In this document: positions 28,673 through 41,506 of the stretch, one piece after another
Position numbering within the stretch: the first letter of the stretch is position 1
How the letters are laid out: each line of letters opens with the position of its first letter
The notes under the pieces: model-generated
Database searches by the model: none
Seen by the model: only the letters and a program-made list of their open reading frames with translations
What the model was told of the DNA's origin: nothing
Program-made: the position numbers and the translations under genes
From: Chrysomallon squamiferum
Lineage: Eukaryota > Animalia > Mollusca
Assembly: GCA_012295275.1 (NCBI GenBank)
Contig: CM022670.1
Location: 24,676,001 to 24,740,000 of the forward strand
DNA length: 64,000 bases
Direction of reading: 5' to 3'

Positions 28673-30186
28673 GGTTTGGCTCTAGGGTATAAAAAAATAT
28701 TGTATAGGAAAAAACGTGTTTAGTTATATTTATTTTATTTTATTTTATTTTATTAAACGTGTTTAGTTATATTTATTTTTTTATTTTATTTTATTTTATT
28801 TTCATTTTTCATTTGTATTTTTTTTTGAATTATTTATTATTCTTTCTTTCTTAGCTTGTAGCTTTCGATTCATTAATTTATTTTCTTATTTACACAGTGA
28901 ATATTTTGAACCATGTTCACATATCTCATCATGTTGTTGTTCCTTTTATTAAAGTTATCGTTAATGTTAAAATATTTCGTAAAGAAATATTTTCATTTTT
29001 GTGTAACTGTTTTCTGTTTTTTTTACTGTTTTCAAGTGTTGGATATTTTTGTGTTTTGTTTTCATTAACCAGTGAAGGGTGCAATGTTCCTTTTCCTACT
29101 TTTATTATTATTCAGAAACGCACTGTATAGAAATCGAATAACCACTGCCCTTGAAATAGACAAAATATATACACACACACACACACATACACACACACAC
29201 ACACACACAGAGAGATAAACACACTGTATGCATATATACCTATATATTAACTGATAATCCTGATGATGTTAACGATGATGACTAAGACTACGAAGACGAC
29301 GTTGATGATGATAACTGGAAACTGTATAATTTAATTCAAAGGTTGTTGTTTATTACGTCATAAATGAAGCGACTTAGTCACGCACAGCTTAGTTTTCTGG
29401 TTTCTTAACTGCAGATAGTAAGTAAAACTAAATAGGATTCATTATTCTTATCATTGTTATTAAACCTGATAATTTTACAAATTTAGAAAAAAAAAAATCG
29501 CCTCAAAGTAGTGTTGATAAATAGATAAATAAATAAATAATTAAAATATTATAATACAAAGTGTATGAAACAAGAAGAATAGAATTTTACAAGCTTTAAA
29601 GTGTTGCCTCGCTGAAACAAGACGAATAGAGTTGCTTCCCTTGAATACCAATATATATGTACTACTATATGAATTCATGTGTACTTAATTATATGTAGAT
29701 GTTCCTAAAATTTGTGACTGAAAAACAAATTTAAAAAAATGATTTATTTATTATTATTATTGTATATATTTGTTGTAGATATATATTTGTTTTTTTTTTT
29801 TTTTTTTTTTTATTTATTGTTTTGGTTAATGTTTTCAAAATGTGCATAAAATAAAATCGATGCAATTATAGTTTAGAATGAAATTCTTTCGACTATCTCT
29901 CTTATTTCGTGAACTAGAGGCGTAAATTTGGAGCTTTACTTCTACACTGGTGAATAGATCTAAATACATTTTTTACTTTGTCTGATGTATTCCGGAAGAA
30001 GCTATATCCACTGAATGAATTAGTTTATGTCTACGGTTACCGTTTAAAGTCTACTGACATCGTTGCAAAGAAAGACATAACTGACTTCAAAGCCATCAAT
30101 TTTTCGGTTGTCCGATTTATAGCAAAATCAGAGGGGGTAGGAGTTCCATTAGTTGGATAATTACCCCCATTATAAACTATCCTTTA

Positions 30187-30244
<58 letters not shown>

Positions 30245-30262
30245 GTTATTGTTATTGTTATT

Positions 30263-30297
<35 letters not shown>

Positions 30298-31315
30298 GTG
30301 TTGTATGTATGTGGATGTATGCTTTTATTTATTTTAATAAAGTTGTTAATAATTCTTTACCTATACACAACAATACAAATCAAGAAAACACTGATAAAGG
30401 GACATAACTCTGCTGATAACCCTCACATATCGATTGGTGTTATGTTTTGTAAAGCGTTTTTATATAGCGAACTAATCTTATAATGACATAAAATTATTTT
30501 AAAAAAAAAAAAAAAAGACAAGCTATCTAATATACATAATTAAGAGATCATACATTAATAACTTGTCTTTGAGTAATATAAGTACACAGAAAAAAAGAAA
30601 AACAACAAAAAAAAAACCCAAACAAAGACGCTATTATGTCGGGAATTAACGTTTGATATAAAATGTTTGCTTCTCAACTGTTAATACTAATGCCTGATAA
30701 ACTTACGATACTATTGAATAAATAGATACTATGGACACTATTCGAGAGAATTAAAGATGAGTTTCTGTAAATCGGTGTTATACATGGAACTAAATTAAAA
30801 ACTGTGAAAACCTTTCTTTCAGTAACTTACCAAAATAAAAGATTACGAAAGTTAAAACGTTAATTTCTATGAGATAATCGCGGAAATTTTTTTTTTATAA
30901 TACAATCTCATAAATATATTGATAAACATTCGATATTATTAGTAACTTTCTTTAAACAGTTTAGTTTTTAAAAAAAAAAAAAAAAAACAAAGCTAAAATT
31001 TTAATTACCTTTGAGAATTAGATACCAACGATTTATAAACATTTTTTTTTTAACTGTATTCAGATAAGTTCATTGTTCTTAGAAGATTCCTTTAAGAAAC
31101 ATAATTTAAATATAAACTAATTAATTAACAGAATTAAAAAAAATTAAAATTTATTTAAAATATACAGTATTTTAGCTTGAAATTAAATCCACACTTCAGA
31201 ATTAAAATAATAATAATAATAATAAAAAAAAAAAAAAAAAAAAAAAGATTGTTATAATACAACAAACACTCACTCACTGTCAGGCTTTGAGAAATTAACA
31301 TAAATCAATGGATGT

Positions 31316-31623
31316 CTGGGGCGGGTCCAGTTTTTCTGATTGGGGGGTCCATGACTAAAAAGGGCGCCATGACATTATGAAGAAACATTATTGAAAAATT
31401 ACACACACAGTTCACATGGACCTTAATATAATAGTGCTACAACAGGGACGCTGGCAGACACATTCTATAGTGTTGTTCTTTACACTGACAAAAATGTAAA
31501 AAAAAAACCTAAATAAATATGTAAACAAAAACCGCAAAATCCTCTATAAAAGGGACACTTCTTAAATTTGAGGAGGGGGCGGGGTCTGCACGCCTTGGAC
31601 CCAGTCCTCTGGATACGCCCCAG
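31316..31623. mobile_element. MITE (~308 bp) with GC-rich TIRs
   Basis: CTGGGGCGGGTCCAG ... CTGGATACGCCCCAG (13/15 inverted match). A related terminus AGATACGCCCCTG is at about 36453. Confidence 0.6.
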
Positions 31624-32242
31624 ATTGTGAATGTGTGTTTTAAAACGCTAAATAGGAAATTGGAGAATGATAAACACTCTTGTAATTTAGTCAAGCGTAC
31701 AAGCTTGGATAGCGTACAAGGATTAACGTCACGTATAACGATATGATGACTGTTTTAAAGAAGAATTAGATGTGTGGTAGATAGGTAATAAAAGTATAAT
31801 AAAATATATATATATATATATTTTAATGAAACTCTACACCTTCCTTGCATGTTAACAATTAAGTCACAAAGACGTAAATGTGTTTTACTAAAAAAAAAAA
31901 AAAAAAAAAAAACAAAAGAAAGAAAAACATTATGTAAAAATGAAAATATTTCATTACTATTTGTTTTAAAATTAAAGGTAACATTAATAAAAGGAAACAA
32001 CAAGAACATGATGAAATATCTGAACATAGTTTTAGATATTACTTATTCTCCATCTAAATAAGAAAATAATTACTGAATTTAAAGCTACAAGCTAAGAAAG
32101 AAAGAATAACTAATTGTTTTTTAAATACAAAAAAGAGGAAAAAATGAAAATGAAACAAAATAAACTAAAGTAAAATAAATAAAACTGAACATACGTTTTT
32201 TTTTTTCTATACATTTTTTATATCCTATATAGAGTTTAGGAT

Positions 32243-32685
32243 CTAGACCATGTTTCAAGGAAGAGAATCAAGGTCCTCAAAAGGAAAGTTTTAAACATTT
32301 TACGATTTTATGCAGGATCAGACTTGGTAAATAAAAAGAAATAAGAAAAGAATTAAGTTATAGTGTGTTCTGTTTTCAAAATATATTGTGTACAGAGTTC
32401 ACATATTTACTGGGGACGATATGACTTGTTTGTGAGTAAAGAAACGCTTCGAAAAGAAACGAAAAAAAAGAGTTTCAGACCAGTAAGTGAGGCAAAACGT
32501 AACGTGTACGTTTGTTTATGAAACAGTGACCCGGAGAGATTTTTAATATCGTTCTTCCTTAGACTTGGGTTTGTGCTTAACTGTCATCAATAAGGAGCCA
32601 CAAAAGAAAGTTTTTTTTTTTTTTAATAATACATCATGTAATAATATTATGTAATACTGCATACTTTTAAATGTAACTTGTCCAA
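32243..32685 (-). repeat. inverted copy of 25880-26348
   Basis: Reverse-complement similarity as described for 25880-26348. Confidence 0.85.
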
Positions 32686-32714
32686 TTTTGTATTATATAA
32701 TTATGTTTAACAAA

Positions 32715-32790
<76 letters not shown>

Positions 32791-33782
32791 GCGCGTGCAG
32801 ACGCGCACGCACACACACACAAACACATAGAAACCTGCTTGCTATATTTGTGTACCGAAGCATGTACAAGAGTGTGTTTAAGAATGAAAATATAAATTAG
32901 TGACGGAATTTGGGTGCAGTTTTTGTTTGTTTGTTTGTTTGTTTGTTGTTGTTTTTGTTTGTATGTATGTATGTATCGGCTGCTGTATTCATGTCTGTAC
33001 AGTGCCTTAGTTATGTTCGTGTTCTGCGCAGTTTGATAACTTGGTCGGGAAGATTTAAAAAAAATTACATTCAATTATACCACTGTTGAATACTGCTGTC
33101 ACAGTCTGGCATGCATAATTAGTTCCAGCAGAACTTCACTTTATTTACAGAGCTATAGCTCTGAAAACAACACATCAGAAATGACAGCTTCGATAATAAC
33201 CGCACATTATCTTGTGTCATGGGTTTGCTTTTCCACCTCACCGCTGAACAACAGTGATCAGAGCGAAGACAAAATTTACATTCACCTGTTTGGGTTTTTT
33301 TGGGTGGTGTTTTTTTCGTGTTTTCATTTCACCGTACTGCTTTACTTTAACTTCTTCCCTCTGTCCTCTCTCTCTCTCTCTTTACATTCAGAACTGATCG
33401 TGAACTGAGATCGCAGGAAATAAGTAGAGGATTAACCGTTTTTCTGCTGTATTCACAGGGAGAGGATACAGAGCAGACCAAGGGTTTATTGTTCCGTGAA
33501 TATTTTACCCTGAAAAAAAGAAGAAGAAGAAGAAGGTGAACGAGGACAAAGAAAAATGGATAGAGAGATAGAAAGAAATGAATAACTAAAATATGGTTAA
33601 CGATTCATCAAGACATTTTTAATTAGTTTATGTATGTATGTATGTATGTTTGTATAATAATGATAGCAATAATAATAACAATAACAAAAACAAGAGCTGC
33701 AAAAAAAATAATAACAGCAGCAGCAACAGTAACACTTAATAATAATAATAATAATAATAACAACAACAACAACAACAACAAC

Positions 33783-33833
<51 letters not shown>

Positions 33834-34115
33834 TTATTTTATGTGTAATTTAATCATTCCAACAAATAAACAAATCAATTAAAAATACAATTAAGAAATA
33901 TCAAATAACAAAAAGCTAAATAAAATAAAAAATATCACAAAATAATTCTCATGTTTACCCGCGATCATCGACACCCCCCGAGAGACACACACCCACACAC
34001 ACACACAGCAGACAAAAACAAATGACGTTATGATTTTCTGTTAACACTCTACGTGTTAGAATTTCTAAATCTGTCGACGGGTAGAGCTCTTTAAAACGCG
34101 GGTAACTGAATACAT

Positions 34116-34177
34116 TTTGTGAGCCGTGTCTTTGTGACGTGGATATAAAATGTATGCTCGTTTCTTCTCAGTCAGTT
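34116..34177 (+). promoter_or_regulatory. GPCR-A core promoter: shared 18-mer, TGACGT, TATA box, Inr
   Basis: TTTGTGAGCCGTGTCTTT 34116-34133, TGACGT 34135, TATAAAA 34144-34150 and TCAGTT 34172-34177, with the Inr A exactly 30 nt from the first T of the TATA box. Mirrored at about 62099-62160. Confidence 0.65.
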
Positions 34178-34268
34178 GTCTCTTTTCGTCACCAAGTTAA
34201 AGTTGACACTTGCATACATAATCAATGTGAAAATTCATTCTGTGCTGGGACAGGACACTAATTCTATC

Positions 34269-35156
34269 ATGTTCGATCAAACTGTTAAGTGGCTTTGGAC
34301 AATCTGCGGTGCTATCATTTTGGTTTTTGGTTTAACAAGCAATTTTATTTCCTTGTGGATCTTCAAGAAGCTGAACATAACGTCGACCCCAGCCACTTTT
34401 CATTTGTTTGTTTTGGCGATCACTGACAGCGCTGTTTTGATCAACAATCTCGGCAGACTGTGGATCAAGTTCACGTTTGACTATGATGTACGAAATGTGT
34501 CCGGTGCAAGTTGTAAAATTCACGAATTTCTTTCCTACGTTTTACCCGTTTATTCAGGATGGATCGTCGTTTCTCTGGCATGCGAGAGATACATAGCTGT
34601 CTACCAGCCATTTAAGTTCGGAATCTGGTGCTCTATCAGAAACGGTGTTTTTAAATTGATTTTCATATTTTTGATTATCTGCGCTTCTGACATTCACCTG
34701 CCGTTGACCTACGGAATTGTTTCGAAAAATGACAGTTCTGTTTGCGAAATTACAGCAACGGACGGACTGAAGTATTATGATGAGAAAATATTTATCTGGA
34801 TAAATTTATGTGTTTTATCACTTCTGCCATTTATCATCATGCTGATATGTTCGGTTATGATAAACCGCAGACTTTCCACCTCAGCGTTTTCACACACGCG
34901 TAACGCCATTGAGGGACGTATTTTAGTTTACCTATCAATACTTTACATCTGTCTGTCTTTTCCAAACACTGTCACATACGTCGTTGAAGCAGTGATTACT
35001 TGCGACGAACATGTAAACTGCGATTCAATAATTAATCTTGTCTGGACCATTACTTATCTGATCATGTTGTGTAACTACGCCATCAACTGTCTTGTCTACA
35101 TGCGAACTAACAAGAAATTCAAAGAGGAATTTTTCCAGCTAATTCGATGTAGATGA
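34269..35156 (+). CDS. class A 7TM GPCR paralogue A (FMRFamide-receptor/GPR139-like peptide-receptor group), 295 aa, tail-less
   Basis: First ATG at 34269 (MFDQ). Seven hydrophobic segments, LAITD (TM2), SCKIH (ECL1/TM3 Cys), ERY, ECL2 Cys, LLPF, CLSFP, NYAINCLVY, and helix 8 KKFKEEF. Confidence 0.9.
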   Translation: MFDQTVKWLWTICGAIILVFGLTSNFISLWIFKKLNITSTPATFHLFVLAITDSAVLINNLGRLWIKFTFDYDVRNVSGASCKIHEFLSYVLPVYSGWIVVSLACERYIAVYQPFKFGIWCSIRNGVFKLIFIFLIICASDIHLPLTYGIVSKNDSSVCEITATDGLKYYDEKIFIWINLCVLSLLPFIIMLICSVMINRRLSTSAFSHTRNAIEGRILVYLSILYICLSFPNTVTYVVEAVITCDEHVNCDSIINLVWTITYLIMLCNYAINCLVYMRTNKKFKEEFFQLIRCR

Positions 35157-35419
35157 CCAAGGTTTGCGTCAGAACTGATCTATTTTAATTTTGTAAAACA
35201 CAAACTTATAAGTTTTATAAAAACGAAAAATAAGTACCTAAGGAAGAAACAAAACAAACAAGGTAGGATGCTTTTAACTGCATGGTAACAGCATAATATA
35301 CCACACAGTAAACTACAGCAAACATAGAGACTACGTAATAAAAACACACGTAGACAATGTCACTGTGCCGGGCATTTCTCAGTGATCATACATCAAACGT
35401 CACCTACATACCAGACCAG

Positions 35420-35810
35420 TACAGTAATCACACATCATAAATAGCAACATAAAATAAAATAACACATAAAATTAAAGCTGTTATGTACCATACAATAACA
35501 CACTGGACAACAGCACACACAGTGTAACACACTAAATTTATTATTATACATCATACAACAACACGCTGAACAGCACACTGGACAACACAACAATACAACA
35601 CACTCAGGTTATTATTATACATCATATAATAACACATTAGACAACACCCCTGTATAACACACTGAATTTATTGTGTGAAAAAAATCGTGAATATAACTAG
35701 ATAAATAGCATTCTGTGTAGAATACGTGTGTAAATAACTAGATAAATAACACTGTGTAAAATACACGTGAATATAATTAGATAAACAAGCTATTTATGAA
35801 ATACATGTAT
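35420..35810. repeat. degenerate minisatellites downstream of GPCR-A
   Basis: Recurring acacactggacaac/tattattatacatcatac units, then cgtgaatataactagataaa units about 38 bp apart. Confidence 0.7.
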
Positions 35811-36187
35811 AAATAACGACACATTGATAACGGATTTGTTTTTGAATAACACTGTCGAATTTTATAATTTACCAGCTACTGTAAGACTAATTTTTCAACC
35901 AACATTAAACAATCATGTTTTGAGTATTCAAGCAGCAGTCACAAACGATCACGGGTTATGTTACAGTTTTATATCGAGCGTGAATACAGATGTACAGCTC
36001 AACACTTACACAATATGGCACCAAAACTGTGTGACACGACAATATGTGTATTATGTTCTAGTTTTGTAATTGTTATATTTATAAAACATGTTTGTATTTG
36101 TTATATATTATCTTTTTCATTAAAGCAGTAATAATGAACATGAAAATGAAGATTTACGTTCATTTATTTCATTTATTAACCTGCAAT

Positions 36188-36224
<37 letters not shown>

Positions 36225-37164
36225 CGAATATATTACAAGGTAAGGACAGGTACGAAAATCTTGCATATTTGTTAAATGAAAGCTAAACTTAAAATATCAT
36301 ATCGAAGTATTCACACTTCAAACCAGTGGTGTATCTAAGATGTGGTAAAGTACGTGTCCTAAATGCCACTTGCAATTGGGTGCTAATTTTTATTGTGGTA
36401 ACGTTAATCAAAAGATGGATGTCAGATCTCTGGACAGGGAGGCAACTACCGTAGATACGCCCCTGGTTCAATTCTAGTACGTCATACCACACACACACAC
36501 ACACACACGCACACACACATGGGAATGTGGAATATTAATCATGCTTGGCACAATAGCTTGAGATTTCACATATAAAAAACCCAGCTGTTATTGGCAAGAT
36601 GTATTTAATGGTGCACCAATGAACACGTGCAATGAATGCAACTGAGAAGGTGTGAAGTGATTTCAGGTTGAATTGTAAAACATTTATTAACTGAACCGGA
36701 AAAAAACAAGAAAAACAACTGAAGCATTATATTACTCTAAACACCTCTTTCGCCAATCGTTTACTTAATGTAAACAGACTAATACTTTTATAATTAAGTA
36801 GACTCTCGTAACTCACAAACGATGCCGATAACATCTGTTAAAAAAGCTCGTATTTTATATCATGTTAATTTAATGAATGACTTCTGTGCTGTAAGTGGTT
36901 TTTTATTACAGTGTGCGATACTTAAAGAAACTTACGTTTATTTATTATAAACATATAAAATGAACATTACTGTCAATAATCGTAACACATTGCCTGGTTA
37001 ATTATTTATTTTTGTTTTATTTTGAAAATCACCCATCAAACAGTTAGTTATTCAGGAGTAAGGAGAAGAATGAAAAACGGCACACATAACACTGTTAGTG
37101 CGCCTGAACTCCACACGCAATGTAATCTAGTTTCAAATACACAAACGCAAAGAGAGTGAACGAG

Positions 37165-37264
<100 letters not shown>

Positions 37265-38858
37265 TTATTGATAGAAGTGTTAGTTAAGCTTGGACTGTTA
37301 GTGTTATCTTTCTCGTACATCGCAGAGCTAAAAGCAATAAGAGACCTGATAGAGTTGCACTGATTACATTTTTAATATTAACTTAAAAGTGGAAGACTAT
37401 GAAATTGTCTTTTAACATCAGCCCTGACGATTAATGTGATAATAAGAAACACTGTTTGAAAACCTTATTTTCATACTGATCTTAATAAATCTGAATACAC
37501 ACACAAATACACACAACAATTGTTTTTCTACCAAACATTCATTCCAACGTCTGAAATATTTTTGTTGTTATTTTATATATTTAGGTAACTGTTCATTCTT
37601 AATGTCAGAACCCATAATTTTGATGTATTTTCCTTCTTTTTTTTTGTATGTCACTGAATAGGAAACAAAATATATTACAATATATCGATTCAATTTTCTC
37701 CATTTACACTTGGTCCAACAGAAGAAAAAAAAACCTTTTATTCACAGTAGAAATATTTACTTAAGAAGACACGCTCAAATAAATAAAGAAAATTGAAAAT
37801 AATTATATATTAGACTATTTCTCTGTGTCATGCTAGACATACTTGTGCAAAATTATATTGTAACATTAGTTCTTTATCATTGTGATAAGCGAGTTAATTT
37901 CAAGGTCCACTAGAATAAATCAAACATAAAGATTTGAAAATTCTATGAAGCGCTTTTTGTTATTGTCCAATTGTTTTGATATATAAACACATTCTTTCAA
38001 ATATTAATCTCTTATTTTACAAAATATATGGTGCTTCTTTGGCGTGTGATCTAAGCGTCACGAAACTACTTTGTAGTGTGATCTACAACTTAAATAATTA
38101 AAGGGCGATCGACAGCAAAAAAAAAAAAAATATATATATATCTACGAAATTTCTATAAGATAGGAGAGTATCGAGAAAGGATAATTATATTCCTTTAACA
38201 GGAAATGTCAGTTTATAGCAGACAGGTAAAATAATACAACACATTTGACCAAGCTTGGATCAGAAATGGATTAAATAGGATTAGAGAGGAAGATGTTAAA
38301 ATCCTTTAAGATTAATGCATGATATATAAATATAGTTCGGTTGTATTCCATCTGTGATTTTTTTACTTGTTCATTTTATTTTCAATTTTTAAAGAAGGCT
38401 TAAGACGTTGGCTAAATATTTTTACAACATAATCAGCCACAAGACGATGGCAATTGCATTTTTACGAAGAAATGGCCTTGTAGATAATGAAGAAATGAAG
38501 GAAGCTCGAACAAAAGGCGAAATCCTGCCAACTTCACGTTGCTGCCAAACCTCAAATTAGCGTACATTTTAGCCCTGCTTTCTATAAATTATAAATATAT
38601 AACAAAAGGAAAGTTTATTTCATGTATGCAGTGAAACATAATATTAACAAACCAAGAATAAACATAATTACAATTAAAATATATGCGTAGATCAAACACC
38701 AAAGTAGAATTTGCTCGGTGTATATCACTAGATCGCAAAGACCACATACTAAGTAGTAAGAAAAAGAAGAAGAAGAAGAAGAAGAAGAAAGGTAAAATAA
38801 ATATGTAAAGTATGTATGTATGAATGTATGTATCTATGTAAATATGTATGTATGTATG

Positions 38859-38905
<47 letters not shown>

Positions 38906-39269
38906 GTATGTGTGTATGTATGTATGTATGTGTGAATGCATTGTATGTAAGTGTGTGTGAATGAATGTATATATGTAAGTTAAAGAACTTCATTTACTAT
39001 GTATTCTTCTATTTTATATTTTCCAGAGATTAAAGTTTTATGACATTAACTTACTAAGATAAAACATTTTAAAATGTAGAGGTGTGTGAAAATTAATTTC
39101 TTTTAGGTTCGATTCTACATTCAGAAATCACCACAGAATATAAACTGTAAGTAGCAATTTGACAAAAATTAACATTACGGAAGATTAGAGATAGAAACCT
39201 TTAAGTATTCGCGTAGGTGAATCACAAGAATAATGTACATATATATATTTTACATATTTTCTTTTCCTT

Positions 39270-39301
<32 letters not shown>

Positions 39302-39583
39302 TAATTTCTTTTAGTTTCAGATTTGCTTCTAGAAACAGCAGAATTTAAACTTTATGTAGCTCAGTTCGATTAGATAAATGTGTCTATGTAAAATATAAGG
39401 AAGATGAAATTAAATACAATGTGTCGTGCACATTTCATGAAAATCAAACCGCTACTATTTATACATGTATGAGTGTGTGTGTCCATGTATGTATGTACGT
39501 ACGTATGTATGGACGATAAGTAACAAGCGAGTAAATGAGTGACTAAGTAAGTAAATAAGTATGTAAATAAAAATAAAAATTTA

Positions 39584-39639
<56 letters not shown>

Positions 39640-39640
<1 letters not shown>

Positions 39641-39860
39641 TAGAAGACCAGGAAGAAGAAATTTAATATGTATAAGTTACAACAACAGCTAGGAAGACAC
39701 ATATTAAAAATGACTTTAAACGTCAGTTAACCAGGAAGAACTGCATTAAAGAAATCTCTACGTAATGTTTCTTAACATTTTTTTTTCTCACTTTTAATCT
39801 TTATAGTTGTCGGTTGTTTGCACATTTTAAATGACGTTAAAACGGTTCGCTAAATTCGAG
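39640..39860 (+). repeat. ~220-bp repeat; inverted copy at 54397-54615
   Basis: tgactttaaacgtcagttaaccaggaagaactgcattaaagaaatctctacgtaatgttt has its exact reverse complement at about 54486-54545. Confidence 0.85.
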
Positions 39861-40838
39861 TTAATGCCTACCTGAAAAGAACCATCGAGAACTTATTTTT
39901 ATGCTGAATTAAATCTGTTATCAGAGAAAACACGTGTTTTAAATAGTTTCTTGACTGAAATATTCTGCATTAATATTTCATTCAAAAGACGGTTTAATGA
40001 CTTACCGGCATAGTGTGATGCTAAAGTAAAGTTATCAGTTTTCGTTTTATTCGCAGCAAAATCTTTTTACATGTCAGTGTGATGTTATATATCAAGTTAT
40101 ATGCAGTTATAGAAAACCTTTTTTTTTTGTAAAATTGCTTTTTCATTCAAAAAATTTCTGAAAGTTTTCGTATATTTTGCATAGCTCTTCTAGCTATAAA
40201 ATTAAAACCGCGAACAAAAATTTCAGTAAAATATATTTAGTGTTGAATCCTGTTTATATTAATATTAGTACAGATATTTGTTTAAAATTTTACTAACAAT
40301 AACAGCAAAAATAACAAATAATAACTACAACAACAGCAGTGATAATAATAATAATAATAAAAATAAAAATAATAATAATAATAATAATAATAATCATAAT
40401 CATAATAATAATAATCATAATAATAATAATAATTTCAGCAGCAACAACAAGAACAATAAAAATAAGTCCTCTTTGTATCATATATTAACTTTACGTACAT
40501 AATTCAGTCATGTGTTCTGAAGCAACAGCATGTTCACTCTAACCACAAACCTGCCCGTGCTAGGTGTGCCTACAAAAATGAATAAAGTAAAAAAATTACA
40601 GCGTATTTCGTGGCGTGCGATCATTACCGTTGTTAGTGTATCACTTTTTTTCTCTCAAGATTATGTCAGCAGTCAAATGGGGCCTTTAAAGTGTGGGGCT
40701 TAGTCCCATCTGGTAGAATCCCATTTCGTAGAAAGGCTAAATGTGGTTCAGTGGTCTTATTGACATGTTTGGTTTTACCTCAGTCATTATAATGAACTGC
40801 TCCAGATCATTTGGAAAGCGATTATTATTGTACAAATA

Positions 40839-41506
40839 CAGTAATATCTCGCTTAACGATACCACGCTTTAACAATCTTTCTTCTTTACAAATTATATAA
40901 ATAGAAATTTAATTTAATAGTTAATTGCTCGAAATAAATGATACAAATGTATACAATGCATGTTTTTAAGTCCGTTTTCTTTAATTTTTCGTTCATTCAC
41001 GAGCTTCTCTCAGCTGTGTTGATCAGTTGACACATCATACGTGCATCTGATATTCTGATTCTCTTTTGTCTTCTGCTTCGATTTAGACTTAAACTCGTTT
41101 GTAATTTACCCTTCCAATATCTCAAAACGAACAACAGTATACCGGCAAATGCTGATGATAACAGAAACGGAAGACAATAACTTTAGAAACAAAATACATT
41201 ATCTTAAATGAAACCAAACCCACAATGAGCGGCATATAATTATTTCTTAATGTACTGGTATAAATTGATTTGTAAATGATTTACTGTTTATTTAATATCT
41301 ACAATCTATTAAATCATTTATGTCTGAACTGCCGTTTTATTTCTCCTTATTTCACCTTTTTTTTTTTATGTCAGATCTCATCAGCGAGAAAGTAACCACT
41401 GCTTTTAACCTTAATTCTATGTAAATTAATCTCTCGCTTAACGATACCTCACTTCACTATCGGAAATTTGGAACCAATTACATCTTTAATCTGAAGGTAT
41501 TATTGT
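40839..41506. mobile_element. decayed Tigger/pogo-like non-autonomous element
   Basis: TA|CAGTAATATCTCGCTTAACGATACC start, a subterminal repeat TCTCGCTTAACGATACC at about 41432, and an end GAAGGTATTATTG|TA. Confidence 0.5.

Noticed and set aside
34176-34268. 31-aa N-terminal extension MSLFVTKL... of GPCR-A (and 62100-62008 of C)
   Set aside because: It starts at a TTG lying on the predicted Inr/TSS, so it is most likely 5' UTR. The first ATG is at 34269 (62007 for C).
34332-34523. Conserved antisense 63-aa ORF (also 61753-61944)
   Set aside because: A shadow of the duplicated GPCR CDS with no independent support.
38394-38560. Alternative tail exon for GPCR-A (RLKTLAKYFYNIISHKTMAIAFLRRNGLVD...)
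   Set aside because: Phase-compatible but more distant than the 35876 acceptor. It vaguely resembles a decayed transposase N-terminus; neither reading can be supported without a search.
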